This document shows, piece after piece, positions 54,222 to 64,000 of a stretch of DNA of 64,000 bases. The DNA comes from an uncultured Saprospiraceae bacterium (GTDB lineage Bacteria; Bacteroidota; Bacteroidia; Chitinophagales; Saprospiraceae): positions 25,181-89,180 of the forward strand of contig CALLFA010000053.1 of the NCBI GenBank assembly GCA_937997635.1, read 5' to 3'. A model generated the notes under the pieces. That model was not told the origin of the DNA and did not search any database. It saw only the letters and a program-made list of their open reading frames with translations. A program made the translations under genes and the position numbers. How positions within the stretch are numbered: the first letter of the stretch is position 1; every line of letters starts with the position of its first letter.

Positions 54222-57173
54222 TTAAAAACCTAAGTTTACACCAAACGTAAATGCTCGTGAAGAAAAATACTCATTTCTTCTGTCTATACCAGGAGCTAAT
54301 GATCCAAAGTCACTAGTATCTTCTAATCGTGGCTCTGGAGAAACTCCAGTATAACCTGTAATCGTTATTAAATTCTGACCTGTTACATAAACTCTCGCTT
54401 TCGAAAATCCACTTGGCAAAGTGCTAGTCGGTAACGTGTAACCTAAAGTTAGGTTATCTAGTTTAATAAAATCAGCTTTTTCTACGTGTCTGCTCGAAAA
54501 TTGGGGCTGATCTACTAGGTTTGGTATGTCAGCGGACGTATCTAAAATGTTATATGCACTGATTTGTCCTGGTGCTTCATAGAAAGCTCTGAATGTATTT
54601 ACTAAATCATGACCTAACACCCCTCTGAAAAAGACATTCAAATCAAGATTGCCAAAATTGAAGGTATTGTTAAAACCTAAGTTCCAATCAGGGAAGCCAT
54701 TTCCAATAATATCTCTATCTAAAATATCATCAACATTGCCATCACCATCAACATCTATGAAATTCCAAAGGCCGTCTTCTCCAACTGGTTGGTCTTCATT
54801 AATAACGAGCCCTAATATTTGACCAATTGGTGCTCCTTCTTCCAGTCTGACCAATGGTGTTCCATTTTGACCAGGAGAACCTAGATTCGCCCCGTCTTGG
54901 AACCCACCAAGTGATACACCACGTGTGTCATCTGTTAATGATACAAGTGTTGGTAAAAACTGTCTGTTTGCAGTAACTGAAGCTGTCCAAAAGTCGTTAA
55001 CGACATAATTTAATGCAACTTCAATACCATCATTTTTAATTTCGCCAACATTAAAGAATGTCTGACCAAATAAGTTTGGCGGCTGAGGCACATTAAATAA
55101 GAATATACCATCATCAGTGGTTGATGTATAATATTCTACAGAACCTGTAAATTTATAGTCGTTTATTGCGAAATCAACACCAACGTTAATATCCGTTTTG
55201 ACTTCCCATTTTAGATTAGGATTAGGATTAGAAATAGGACCAAATGAAGAAGTAAAGGCTCCATTAAAAAAGAAGTTACCTGTTTGGCCAAATCGTTGCA
55301 ATGACAGTAAGTCTTCACCTACATTATTTCCTGTGACTCCAAATCCAGCTCTTAATTTCAATTGATCAAATCCAGAAAGACCTGCTGCTTTTACAAGATC
55401 TACACCTGCACTAACCGCTGGAAATAAACCCCACTGGTTATCTTCTCCAAACCTTGATGAACCATCACGTCTCAAACTTGCTGTGACAAAATAAGTATCG
55501 TTGATATTTGCATTGACACGTCCAAAGAAGGAAATAAGTCTGTTGGTATTTCTATAAGAAAACACACTACCAAGACCATTCGCAAAATCTTGAGCGGCAC
55601 CAAGATTGTCGGTAGTAAATGCATCTGTCAAGAAGTTTCCACCTGTTGCACCAAAGCCACTAAACTCAAAATCCTGATATTCATACCCACCTAAAATTTT
55701 CAGCTCGACACCCCCGTCAAGTTCAGTTTTGTAGTTTCCTTCTATTCTGAATAATTGATCTTGAGACTCATCATTTCGTTTAGTCGCTCGACCTGTTCTG
55801 TCAGCACCAATAAAAAAACTGTTTCTGTCAAAAAATTCATCAAAAGTCGTATTTGATCGTTGTGATGAGTAAAAGACACCAACACTCAAATCGTCAGTCA
55901 AACTATAATCACCTCTTACATTCGCTGTCAGTGTTTTGATCTCATTAGCTCTTGAATTTTGTTCGATAATTGCAACTGGATTAAAATAATCAAACAATCG
56001 TTGCTGATAATACCCATCGAATTCCGCAAACTGAGGATCATTTACATCTCTTATGAAAGGTGTAGTAGGATTAAAAATGGTTGCATATCTGAAAGCCTCA
56101 TCAAATCCAAGTGATGCATCTTCTGTGCTTGTAGAAATCGTTGCTGTTATTTTTAATCTATCATTTAAAGCCTTTTGAGAAATAATGCCTCTCAAGTTCA
56201 GTCGGTCAAATCCTGTTGTTTTCGCAATACCTTTGATGTCTCTAAAGTTGGCAGACACACGGTAGCTGGTTTGATTTGTCCCACCACTTAACGCTAAATT
56301 GTGCGTATGTGACACACCGACTTGCGTTAGCTCATCAAATAAATCAATATCGCCACCTAGATCGGTTCCTTGGGCGATTCCAAAATTCCTGTATTGATCT
56401 GCATCTAAAACATCTGGAACACGATCCACGACATCAAAAGATACTTGACCATTATATGATACTGTAGATGTACCTGCCTCTCCTTTTTTCGTTGTCACTA
56501 AAATAACACCAGAAGCACCACGAGTACCGTAAATAGCCGCAGCAGAAGCATCTTTCAATACTTCTATCGAAGCGATGTCCTGTGGTTCGATACTATTCAG
56601 ATCACCACCTAAGACACCATCAATCACTACAAGTGGTTCTGTAGATGCACCAACAGTTGATAAACCTCTTAGTCTGATGTTAAAGTCTCCGTTAGGGTTT
56701 GATCCAGGACGAGAAATCACAAGACCAGCAACTTTTCCTTGTAATAGCTGTGTAACATCATTCACATTACCTTTGTTGAAGTCTTCGGCTTTGACAGAGA
56801 CAATGGAGCTAGTCACTTCTCTTGATTTTTGCGTACCATAACCTGTTACGACAATTTCATCGAGAAGCTCTCCCGCAGCTAATGATACATTTAATGTGTT
56901 GCTTGCTCCAAGAGGAACACTTTGTGTGGCAAATCCTGCGTAAGATACTTCCAATGCTTGTGCATCAGCAGGCACATCTAGAGAAAAGGTACCATCTAAA
57001 TCAGTGATGGTTCCTATCGTGGTACCGCCCACCATAATGTTGGCGCCAATCAACGGTTCATTACTGCTGCCATCTGTAATGGTACCAGTAATCGTCCTTT
57101 GGGCATTGGTGCTAAATGATAAAAAAAGCACAAATAGAAAGGACAACCCTGATAGGGTTAATAGTTTTTTCAT
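54222..57173 (-). CDS. susC: SusC/RagA family TonB-dependent receptor
   Basis: 983 aa. It has a signal peptide, a CarboxypepD_reg-like N-terminus (TITGTITDGSSNEPLIGANI), a TonB box/plug (DEIVVTGYGTQK) and a C-terminal barrel ending in F. Confidence 0.92.
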   Translation of the reverse strand: MKKLLTLSGLSFLFVLFLSFSTNAQRTITGTITDGSSNEPLIGANIMVGGTTIGTITDLDGTFSLDVPADAQALEVSYAGFATQSVPLGASNTLNVSLAAGELLDEIVVTGYGTQKSREVTSSIVSVKAEDFNKGNVNDVTQLLQGKVAGLVISRPGSNPNGDFNIRLRGLSTVGASTEPLVVIDGVLGGDLNSIEPQDIASIEVLKDASAAAIYGTRGASGVILVTTKKGEAGTSTVSYNGQVSFDVVDRVPDVLDADQYRNFGIAQGTDLGGDIDLFDELTQVGVSHTHNLALSGGTNQTSYRVSANFRDIKGIAKTTGFDRLNLRGIISQKALNDRLKITATISTSTEDASLGFDEAFRYATIFNPTTPFIRDVNDPQFAEFDGYYQQRLFDYFNPVAIIEQNSRANEIKTLTANVRGDYSLTDDLSVGVFYSSQRSNTTFDEFFDRNSFFIGADRTGRATKRNDESQDQLFRIEGNYKTELDGGVELKILGGYEYQDFEFSGFGATGGNFLTDAFTTDNLGAAQDFANGLGSVFSYRNTNRLISFFGRVNANINDTYFVTASLRRDGSSRFGEDNQWGLFPAVSAGVDLVKAAGLSGFDQLKLRAGFGVTGNNVGEDLLSLQRFGQTGNFFFNGAFTSSFGPISNPNPNLKWEVKTDINVGVDFAINDYKFTGSVEYYTSTTDDGIFLFNVPQPPNLFGQTFFNVGEIKNDGIEVALNYVVNDFWTASVTANRQFLPTLVSLTDDTRGVSLGGFQDGANLGSPGQNGTPLVRLEEGAPIGQILGLVINEDQPVGEDGLWNFIDVDGDGNVDDILDRDIIGNGFPDWNLGFNNTFNFGNLDLNVFFRGVLGHDLVNTFRAFYEAPGQISAYNILDTSADIPNLVDQPQFSSRHVEKADFIKLDNLTLGYTLPTSTLPSGFSKARVYVTGQNLITITGYTGVSPEPRLEDTSDFGSLAPGIDRRNEYFSSRAFTFGVNLGF

Positions 57174-57241
57174 GAGTGTAGAATTTAAATTTCAATAAGT
57201 ATTTATAAATAAATAGCTCACAATAATAATGAACATTGCTG

Positions 57242-57255
57242 TTATTACGTAATAA
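57242..57255. promoter_or_regulatory. Candidate LacI-family operator
   Basis: ttattacgtaataa is a perfect 14-bp palindrome with a central CG. It lies in the divergent lacI-type/susC intergenic region. Confidence 0.35.
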
Positions 57256-57377
57256 ATTATATTCCTACTGTCTGCCATCTGGCACGTTTCTGATACCGAA
57301 AACCTTTACGGAAGCAGAATTTTTGTATATGAGAATCTTAGTTTACCAAATCAGAGAAAAATTTCGATATTTACTAA

Positions 57378-58397
57378 ATGAGTGATAAGGCTCGATTAAT
57401 CGATATTGCAAGAGCGCTAAATATCTCCACCACTACGGTATCTCGGGCGCTAAATAATAAGTCTGACATCAATGCAAAGACAAAGGAGGCAGTTCTACAC
57501 CTTGCTAAACAATTAGACTATCAACCAAACAAGCTTGCCATTTCTCTGCGCAAGAAAATGAGCTTCAAATCAATCGGCGTGATTTTACCTAATGTGGGCC
57601 ATTATTTCTTTTCTACGGTATTAAAAGGAATCATGCGCAATGCGCACCTCAACAATCATCTTGTTATTGTAGGTGAATCTGCTGAGAGTAACAGTCAAGA
57701 GCAAAAATTAGTAGAAGAATTTGTCAACTATGGTGTCAATGGTATTCTGATTGCTCCTGGACGAGAAAGTAAGAACGAGGATATCACAGCGTTGTTGGAG
57801 TCAAAAAGAACCCCGTACGTACTGATGGATCGGATTTTTCCAAATTATACTGGCAATTACGTCTTGAGTGATGATTTTAAAGGAGCAGAAATCGCAACCA
57901 CTCACCTAATTGAAAATGGAAAGAGGAGAATTGCTCATATCGGAAGCTTACACAATTGTTCTGTAGGGTACCAACGTTTTAGCGGATACCTTTCTGCTTT
58001 GGATAATAATGGAATCTCAAAAGATGATTCTATTATCAGAGAATGTCTGACAACAAAAATGGAGGAAGGCTATAAGGCTACCCAAGAATTGCTTGCTCTG
58101 GAAAATCCGCCTGATGCTATTTTTACAGTGACGGATGATGTTGCTGCAGGCGTTTTGGATTATTGCCATAGACACCAGATTGAAGTACCTAAACAACTGG
58201 CTGTGGTAGGATACAGCAACTCTGAACTCAGTTCTATAATCAAACCAAAACTAACCACCATCGAACAGAAGGGGGAGCGGATGGGAGAACTAGCTTTTGA
58301 TTTCTTCTTTGCATCTTATAAGGATAAAGAAACGATTCACCAAAAGACATTTGAATCTAAGCTGATTGTGCGGGAGTCTAGTGTGAGCATCAAATAG
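57378..58397 (+). CDS. LacI family transcriptional regulator
   Basis: The HTH is RLIDIARALNISTTTVSRALNNKSDI. The C-terminal domain resembles a periplasmic-binding-protein sugar-binding domain. 339 aa. Confidence 0.92.
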   Translation: MSDKARLIDIARALNISTTTVSRALNNKSDINAKTKEAVLHLAKQLDYQPNKLAISLRKKMSFKSIGVILPNVGHYFFSTVLKGIMRNAHLNNHLVIVGESAESNSQEQKLVEEFVNYGVNGILIAPGRESKNEDITALLESKRTPYVLMDRIFPNYTGNYVLSDDFKGAEIATTHLIENGKRRIAHIGSLHNCSVGYQRFSGYLSALDNNGISKDDSIIRECLTTKMEEGYKATQELLALENPPDAIFTVTDDVAAGVLDYCHRHQIEVPKQLAVVGYSNSELSSIIKPKLTTIEQKGERMGELAFDFFFASYKDKETIHQKTFESKLIVRESSVSIK

Positions 58398-58445
58398 ATT
58401 TGACCAACCATCAAAACAGTCTATAATAAATGGCCAAAATAAATA

Positions 58446-58475
58446 ACAGGTTGTCCTCTTTCGAGAACAACCTGT
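58446..58475. terminator. Stem-loop between the convergent lacI-type and TBDR genes
   Basis: The sequence is acaggttgtcctc-tttc-gagaacaacctgt (13-bp stem, 1 mismatch). On the minus strand it is followed by TTATTTATTTT. Confidence 0.5.
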
Positions 58476-58535
58476 ATATATTAAATCAGAATAAACCGTG
58501 TTGTAGTCTATAGGCGTTACTTCACCTACAGCGTT

Positions 58536-61358
58536 CTATAGTCTGTATGACAGACCTAGAGAAATTGAAGTGCCTGGCGAATAAGCTGCAAAGGTTTGAT
58601 TTTCTGCACCAAAAGATTCGTACTCACGTCTGACTTTAGAGTTCAGCAAGTTTGTTGCTGAAAGACTCAATCTCATTCGTTGATCATCGCCAACCTGTCT
58701 TGATACTTTCGCATTTAAACTGTGGAATGGCTGCTCAAACACATCTGGGTTTTGCGCAATACCGACAATAGCCAAACGCTTCCCTTGTACATTATAGCTA
58801 AGGTTAGCTTCCCATCCTTGATCAGGTAAGTTATAATTCAAATACGTATTAATGATGTAAGGTGATTGACCTTGCATTTGTCTTGTCTCTCCGATGACTT
58901 CGCCTGGTCTTGCATTTCTTACTCTTGATTCAAATTCTCCACCTTCAGATTTGTCTAACTCCACTGCGGAATGCACAAAAGTCAAATTCGCACCAAAGCT
59001 TAATGCCTGATCGATGAAGTCAAGAGACTTTCTTGCTTCTAATTCGATCCCTGCAACTGTTGCATTCCCTACGTTTCTTGGTGTGATGTTATCTGGAGCA
59101 ATCTCTGAGAAAGCCACCAATTCGATTGGGTTATTAAATGTCTTGTAGAATGCACTTACCGCAAACAACTGACCTCTTTCTTGGAATGACTCCCATCTTA
59201 AATCAAAATTATTGATGTCAGTCGGAACCAGATCAAGATTACCAATGAATGTTCTGTCAGATAAAGCATCGTAAATCTGTGCAAGAGAAACTTCCTTAAA
59301 TGAAGGTCTCGCCAATGTTCTTGAGAAAGAAGCTCTCAGATTTGTTTTGTCAGTCAAGCTGTAAATGAAATTAGCCGCAGGCAACACACTCCATTTATTG
59401 ATCAATTCCTCATTGTTGAAGATTCGGTTACCAATGTTATTTTGGCCAGTATAAATATGTGTGAAGTTTTCAACTCTCGCACCGTATATCGCTTTTAGCT
59501 TATCGCTAATTGGAAATTCATTCATGATATAGGCACCTATGGTATTTTGATCAGCAGAATACGTATTTGCTGGTTCAAAATTACCTGTGACAAAAACGCC
59601 TGTTCTTGACTCTGGTGTCCATATATTTTCTGGAGCTAAAATTTCATCTGCATTACCACTAAAATTAATGTCGTCTCCATTTCTTGTTAAGAATTCAAAA
59701 TTCTGGATGCCGAAATCTCTTGTCTTCGTGACATAGCTACCACCAAATTTCAACTTAGCTTCTTTTTCACCGACTTGGAATTTTTTTGTCAGATCTAATT
59801 TGCTGGCATAGTTGGTTTCTTCCAATCCTCTGAAAATACGCGTTGGGACAGCACCTTCAGATGGCTCGATTGAAAAAATGCCACCTTCATCTCTGAACTG
59901 AGCCAAACGGACATCTTTATCGTCTATTTGAGAAAAGGTAGGTGCTAATTTCCACTCAACTTCAAAATTGCCTTTGTCGAAAGAGTGCTTACCCGTTAAT
60001 AAGGCATTGGTGATTGCACGTTCTGTATATTCTAAGTTATCTCTGATGATGGTGTTGTCAGAAGTGATGAATGTCTGTCTGACAAATTCACCTGCTCTTG
60101 ATTCACCATTTTGGATTCTCATTAAAGACAAGCCAATTTTGTGGTTATCCCATTTTACGGCAGTACCCACTAAACCAGTAGCGATCACATTATTTGAAGA
60201 CAATTGTCCTCGCTGTGTTCTGTTAGCTAAAAGTTCAATGACATTATCGTCATCAAAATCTGGCTTTAAGAAAGTGTTGAATTCTTGGTCATCGTAAAAA
60301 GTATTGGTGTTCTTGTAGTTTAACGCTACGTTGTATCCAATCTTCATCTTCTTTGTCTCGATTTGATTACCTGCGGAAAATCCAAAACTGTAATCTAAAA
60401 ATTGAGACTGGTTCTGCGCTTCCCAAGTATTGTTAAATGCACTTGTCAATACGGGTAAACTGGTTGAATTACTTGCGGTTCTTGGTATGGTTCGCTGCGG
60501 GTTAAAAGGAATGTCTCTTAATCCATTATCAAATCCTAGGAAATCTGTGCTACTACCTTGGTAGCTTAGTGCATTTTCATTCAAGTGCATACCTGGGTTA
60601 TAACTCAAGCTACCTGAAATATTGATGGTCTTCGAATCTGGAAAATCTTTGGTTATCAAATTGACAACACCTCCAGTAAAATCTGCAGGCATATCAGGGG
60701 TAAATGATTTTACCACGATAATGTTATCGATCAAGTTAGTCGGAAAGACATCCAACTGTAGTGTGTTTCTATCAGGATCGAGTCCTGGTACATCCATACC
60801 ATTCAAAATGGATTTAGTATACCTATCTCCTAATCCTCTGACGAAGACATATTTACCACCTTGTACGGATACACCAGTGACTCTTTTTATCGCAGATGCC
60901 GCGTTACTGTCACCGATTCTCCTGAATGCTTGTGAGGAAATTCCATCTAATAAATTGGCTGATTTTTTCTGAAGCGTCAATACGGCAGTTTCTGTATTTC
61001 TTATTTGTTTAGCCGTAACAACTATTTCATCAAGCATTTGTGATTCTTCCTTCAAAGTAACGTCAAGAATGGTTACTTCACCGTCCACGATTTCTACTTC
61101 ACTAACGGTCAAGCTAGCAAATCCAATAAAAGAATATTCCACAGTGTACGAACCTGCAGGTAAGGACAGAGTATAGGCTCCGTCAAGATCACTTGTCGTA
61201 CCACCTGATGTCTCTGTTATAAAAACGGTAGCAAAAGGAACTGTCTGACCTGTAGCTTCTTCATTCACGATACCTCTGAGAGTACCCTGACCAATTGAAG
61301 CAAAAGAAGAGAGTAAAAGAGAGAATAAAAAGACAATAGTTACAAATTGTTTATTCAT
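58536..61358 (-). CDS. TonB-dependent receptor (non-SusC type) with a CarboxypepD_reg-like N-terminus
   Basis: 940 aa. It has a signal peptide, the motif GTLRGIVNEEATGQTVPFATV, the plug DEIVVTAKQIRNTE, and a barrel ending in LSYRL. Confidence 0.85.
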   Translation of the reverse strand: MNKQFVTIVFLFSLLLSSFASIGQGTLRGIVNEEATGQTVPFATVFITETSGGTTSDLDGAYTLSLPAGSYTVEYSFIGFASLTVSEVEIVDGEVTILDVTLKEESQMLDEIVVTAKQIRNTETAVLTLQKKSANLLDGISSQAFRRIGDSNAASAIKRVTGVSVQGGKYVFVRGLGDRYTKSILNGMDVPGLDPDRNTLQLDVFPTNLIDNIIVVKSFTPDMPADFTGGVVNLITKDFPDSKTINISGSLSYNPGMHLNENALSYQGSSTDFLGFDNGLRDIPFNPQRTIPRTASNSTSLPVLTSAFNNTWEAQNQSQFLDYSFGFSAGNQIETKKMKIGYNVALNYKNTNTFYDDQEFNTFLKPDFDDDNVIELLANRTQRGQLSSNNVIATGLVGTAVKWDNHKIGLSLMRIQNGESRAGEFVRQTFITSDNTIIRDNLEYTERAITNALLTGKHSFDKGNFEVEWKLAPTFSQIDDKDVRLAQFRDEGGIFSIEPSEGAVPTRIFRGLEETNYASKLDLTKKFQVGEKEAKLKFGGSYVTKTRDFGIQNFEFLTRNGDDINFSGNADEILAPENIWTPESRTGVFVTGNFEPANTYSADQNTIGAYIMNEFPISDKLKAIYGARVENFTHIYTGQNNIGNRIFNNEELINKWSVLPAANFIYSLTDKTNLRASFSRTLARPSFKEVSLAQIYDALSDRTFIGNLDLVPTDINNFDLRWESFQERGQLFAVSAFYKTFNNPIELVAFSEIAPDNITPRNVGNATVAGIELEARKSLDFIDQALSFGANLTFVHSAVELDKSEGGEFESRVRNARPGEVIGETRQMQGQSPYIINTYLNYNLPDQGWEANLSYNVQGKRLAIVGIAQNPDVFEQPFHSLNAKVSRQVGDDQRMRLSLSATNLLNSKVRREYESFGAENQTFAAYSPGTSISLGLSYRL

Positions 61359-61464
61359 GATTTACTGATTTAAAATAGTCACTCCGTTTTGTCTTTTTAG
61401 GTAATGACTAAGTGTTTGTTTATTCTGAAAAAAATATGTGTCAAAAAGTATTTAATTAACTATA

Positions 61465-62871
61465 TTAAAAATCCAATGCACCAGATTGTCGAGCTGTCGT
61501 CCAACCAAATACACTGGTATCTGCACCAACAGTATTCTCTCCAGCTTGAACTACATTAACTGCTGCTTGGTCTTCCGGAGTGAAGTCTGGAAAAACAGCC
61601 TCAACAGTAGCCCCAACAGTAGAAGAAAACTCAAAACCTGAGAATGTCAGTTCGCCATCGGCATATGCTGCCACGGTATTATCACCTGAAAAAGCGAAGT
61701 CACCTTCACCATTGTCAGCAGGTAAGGCAGAGAAGCCAAAGAAGTAGGCGTTATTGATCGATCCTGTGGCACCATCTCTCATGTTTCCAAGTTCATCGTC
61801 GAAGCCCCTTACGGTAAGATCGTTTAGTGTAAATGACCCAGGGAATGATCCTTCAGGACCATCAAATTCTAAACAATGATCTGTACCTCCAAAGGCAATA
61901 ACAACAGCGTTATCAATTCTGCCTGCATAAGCTTGATCAAGATCAATGGCGTCATCATCTGCTGCCCAAACCAATAGATTAGAACAGTTAACGGTCCCAC
62001 CAAACAACTCAATACCATCGTCAAGGGTTGCTGTAACTTCGATATGGTCGACAATTGTACCAGCACCAACACCACCGAACGTAAGACCGTTAATTTCATT
62101 ATCAGAACCAATAGACACACCTCCGTGTCTGACTGATATGTAAGTCATGATACCAGAATCATCCATTGGATCTGATCCACCGTATGTTCCGAATCCATCA
62201 TCTACAGGTATGCCTTCAATGTTAGAAGTTTCCGAATCACCATCGACAGAGATAGGTGCTCTACCTAAAACGATCAATCCTCCCCATAGACCATTTTCAT
62301 TTTCATCTAAATTTGGACTTACAATTTCTCCAGAAGTGATGTTATCCAAAATAGAGGTGAATATGATTGGCGCATCTGGTGTTCCTTGCGCATCGATTCT
62401 TGCACCTTGCTGAATGATTAAAGCCGAGGCGAGTGTGCCATTACCTTCTGCACCTTTTATGATGGTGCCAGGTTCTATGGTCAAGGTTACATTTTCTTCT
62501 ACAACGACTTTATTGGCTAAAATATATTCTGTGTCCGCTGTCCAAGTTTCATCAACAGATATAAATCCTGTTTTGGTTTCTGTAAAACCACTTACCTGGA
62601 CACATTCGTTATCAACGCAGTCAAAATTATTTGGGCAAGATCCTCCACAAGGTTGCGTGGCATCAATAGTGATACAGGTACAATCAGCAGCCAGTATTTC
62701 ACCGGACAGACAGACATTCAGACAATCTGGTGGATTTTCTGGGAAACATAGGCAATCTAAGGATTGAATTTGATTGGCTCCGCAAGTAGTATCACAGCTG
62801 TTCTCTGATTCGCAGCTCGTGATCAACATAAGGCTAAGTAAAAAAGTTAATGGGTAAAGAAACTTTATCAT
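61465..62871 (-). CDS. Lipoprotein with a Cys-rich N-terminal module and a beta-helix-like body; unknown function
   Basis: I chose the start MIKFLYPLTFLLSLMLITSC, which contains a lipobox. About 17 Cys residues fall in the first ~90 mature residues. The body then reads WTADTEYILANKVVVEENVTLTIEPGTIIKG. The gene lies immediately upstream of the TBDR in the same orientation. Confidence 0.55.
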   Translation of the reverse strand: MIKFLYPLTFLLSLMLITSCESENSCDTTCGANQIQSLDCLCFPENPPDCLNVCLSGEILAADCTCITIDATQPCGGSCPNNFDCVDNECVQVSGFTETKTGFISVDETWTADTEYILANKVVVEENVTLTIEPGTIIKGAEGNGTLASALIIQQGARIDAQGTPDAPIIFTSILDNITSGEIVSPNLDENENGLWGGLIVLGRAPISVDGDSETSNIEGIPVDDGFGTYGGSDPMDDSGIMTYISVRHGGVSIGSDNEINGLTFGGVGAGTIVDHIEVTATLDDGIELFGGTVNCSNLLVWAADDDAIDLDQAYAGRIDNAVVIAFGGTDHCLEFDGPEGSFPGSFTLNDLTVRGFDDELGNMRDGATGSINNAYFFGFSALPADNGEGDFAFSGDNTVAAYADGELTFSGFEFSSTVGATVEAVFPDFTPEDQAAVNVVQAGENTVGADTSVFGWTTARQSGALDF

Positions 62872-63065
62872 AATTGGGTTTGCAATTTTATGATGCAAAA
62901 TTAGTTTACCAATATATCTTAGGTTTTAAGCAAGTATTAAGTAATTATGAATAATGTTAAGTGAATGTTATGTCCTTGTTATCTAAGCATTTTCTGAATA
63001 GAAATAAGAAAAGGCCACCTTTGAATAAAGGCAGCCTTCACATTTTTCATAAACGTTTTATATCT

Positions 63066-64000
63066 CTATATCTCTCCGATGACCGCTTCAGTCACATTAA
63101 TAATGTGATCACCAACTCTTTCCATAGCATGGAAAATATTATTATAAATCATAGCCGCTTTCACATTGTAATCGTCGTTACCAAGATTGGATAAATGCTC
63201 TTCACGTAATGTATTTCTAAATGCATTAATTTCTTTTTCTTTTGCTTTTGCTTCGTCTTTGGTGACATTCGCATAATTAGGATTATTTAAATTTCTGATC
63301 ATAATCTCAAAAGCTTCATCAATTAGCAAACTCATAGCATTTAGATTCTCTCTTTGCTTTGGTGTGAAGTAGTTCTTCTCTTCATTCTTTATTTCTAATG
63401 ATTTAGAAATTTGGAAATACACATCACCAATTCTTTCTAAATCATTAGCGATATTGATTATAGAACGAAGACTCTGGCTAGTGTTTTTTGTAATTTTGCT
63501 ACTCGATAGTTTGGTAATGTACTCCGTGACTTCTACCTCCATTCGATCACTAATCTTCTCATACTTCTTGATTTTTTTCAATAATTTTTTCTGCTTTTTG
63601 GGTTCAACAGAATTAATCAAATTAGTTGTAAATCCAGACATACGAGAAATCACACTTCCAAAGTGACCAGCTTCTTTCTGTAACTCTAAAAGTGCTAACT
63701 CAGGCGTCTTACTTGCGGTCCCGATAAACTTCAAGGAGAAATCATCTTCATCTTCTGCACTGCCTTTTACTGACCATATGGCAACTTTAACCAACCATGG
63801 AACAAAAGGCAATAGGAGTAACACATTGACCAAATTGAAGAACGTATGGAATGCTGCCAGTTTGTACGTATTCATAATGTCAACATCACTCAGATCATCC
63901 GTCTTCAATTTTTTATTGCTTTCAAAAATGTGTGTAAAATTTTCTACAATTACATTGATGAGTTCCATAGCCCACGGCAGAGCTATTACCATCCAAGACA
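63066..64000 (-). CDS. Na/Pi cotransporter family protein with C-terminal PhoU-like repeats; the 5' end lies outside the window
   Basis: The C-terminal PhoU-type motifs are IANDLERIGDVYFQI and IFHAMERVGDHIINV. The upstream membrane segment continues past position 64000. Confidence 0.8.
   Translation of the reverse strand, partial: SWMVIALPWAMELINVIVENFTHIFESNKKLKTDDLSDVDIMNTYKLAAFHTFFNLVNVLLLLPFVPWLVKVAIWSVKGSAEDEDDFSLKFIGTASKTPELALLELQKEAGHFGSVISRMSGFTTNLINSVEPKKQKKLLKKIKKYEKISDRMEVEVTEYITKLSSSKITKNTSQSLRSIINIANDLERIGDVYFQISKSLEIKNEEKNYFTPKQRENLNAMSLLIDEAFEIMIRNLNNPNYANVTKDEAKAKEKEINAFRNTLREEHLSNLGNDDYNVKAAMIYNNIFHAMERVGDHIINVTEAVIGEI

Overview
This 64-kb window is chromosomal DNA from a member of the Bacteroidota. 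The evidence is the SusC/SusD pair, type A and type B T9SS sorting domains, TAnnTTTG -7 promoter motifs, and the conserved glgA-like/DUF4270/glmS and DUF4290/murA synteny. It is densely coding and contains no rRNA, tRNA, CRISPR array, transposase or integrase that I could recognise.

Housekeeping and transport genes include murA, pth, rluB, a purF-like gene, ggt, chrA, an SLC45-type MFS transporter, a DUF819 protein and a Na/Pi-PhoU protein.

Accessory content:
- A co-directional module made of an ECF-like sigma factor, an anti-sigma-like membrane protein, a small T9SS-tailed protein and a membrane-anchored TPR-CHAT caspase-like protease. The sigma gene and the T9SS-tailed gene each carry one in-frame stop codon.
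- A dinB/dnaE2 error-prone polymerase pair, split by a four-helix-bundle (Avd / 23S-IVS protein family) gene that is flanked by inverted arrays of GC-rich hairpin repeats.
- The same hairpin-repeat family sits after an SRAP (YedK-like) gene, together with a duplicated copy of that gene's 3' end. A related element appears to lie in frame inside dnaE2.
- A duplication scar at the convergent rluB/pth junction carries an extra SnoaL-like gene.
- A glmS remnant.
- A RelE-type toxin-antitoxin pair.
- A LacI-linked SusC/SusD locus followed by three large FG-GAP/ASPIC-UnbV (CRTAC1-like) lipoproteins and a T9SS type B protein, with no recognisable carbohydrate-active enzyme.

All homology calls come from motif recall and hand translation. 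No database search was run.
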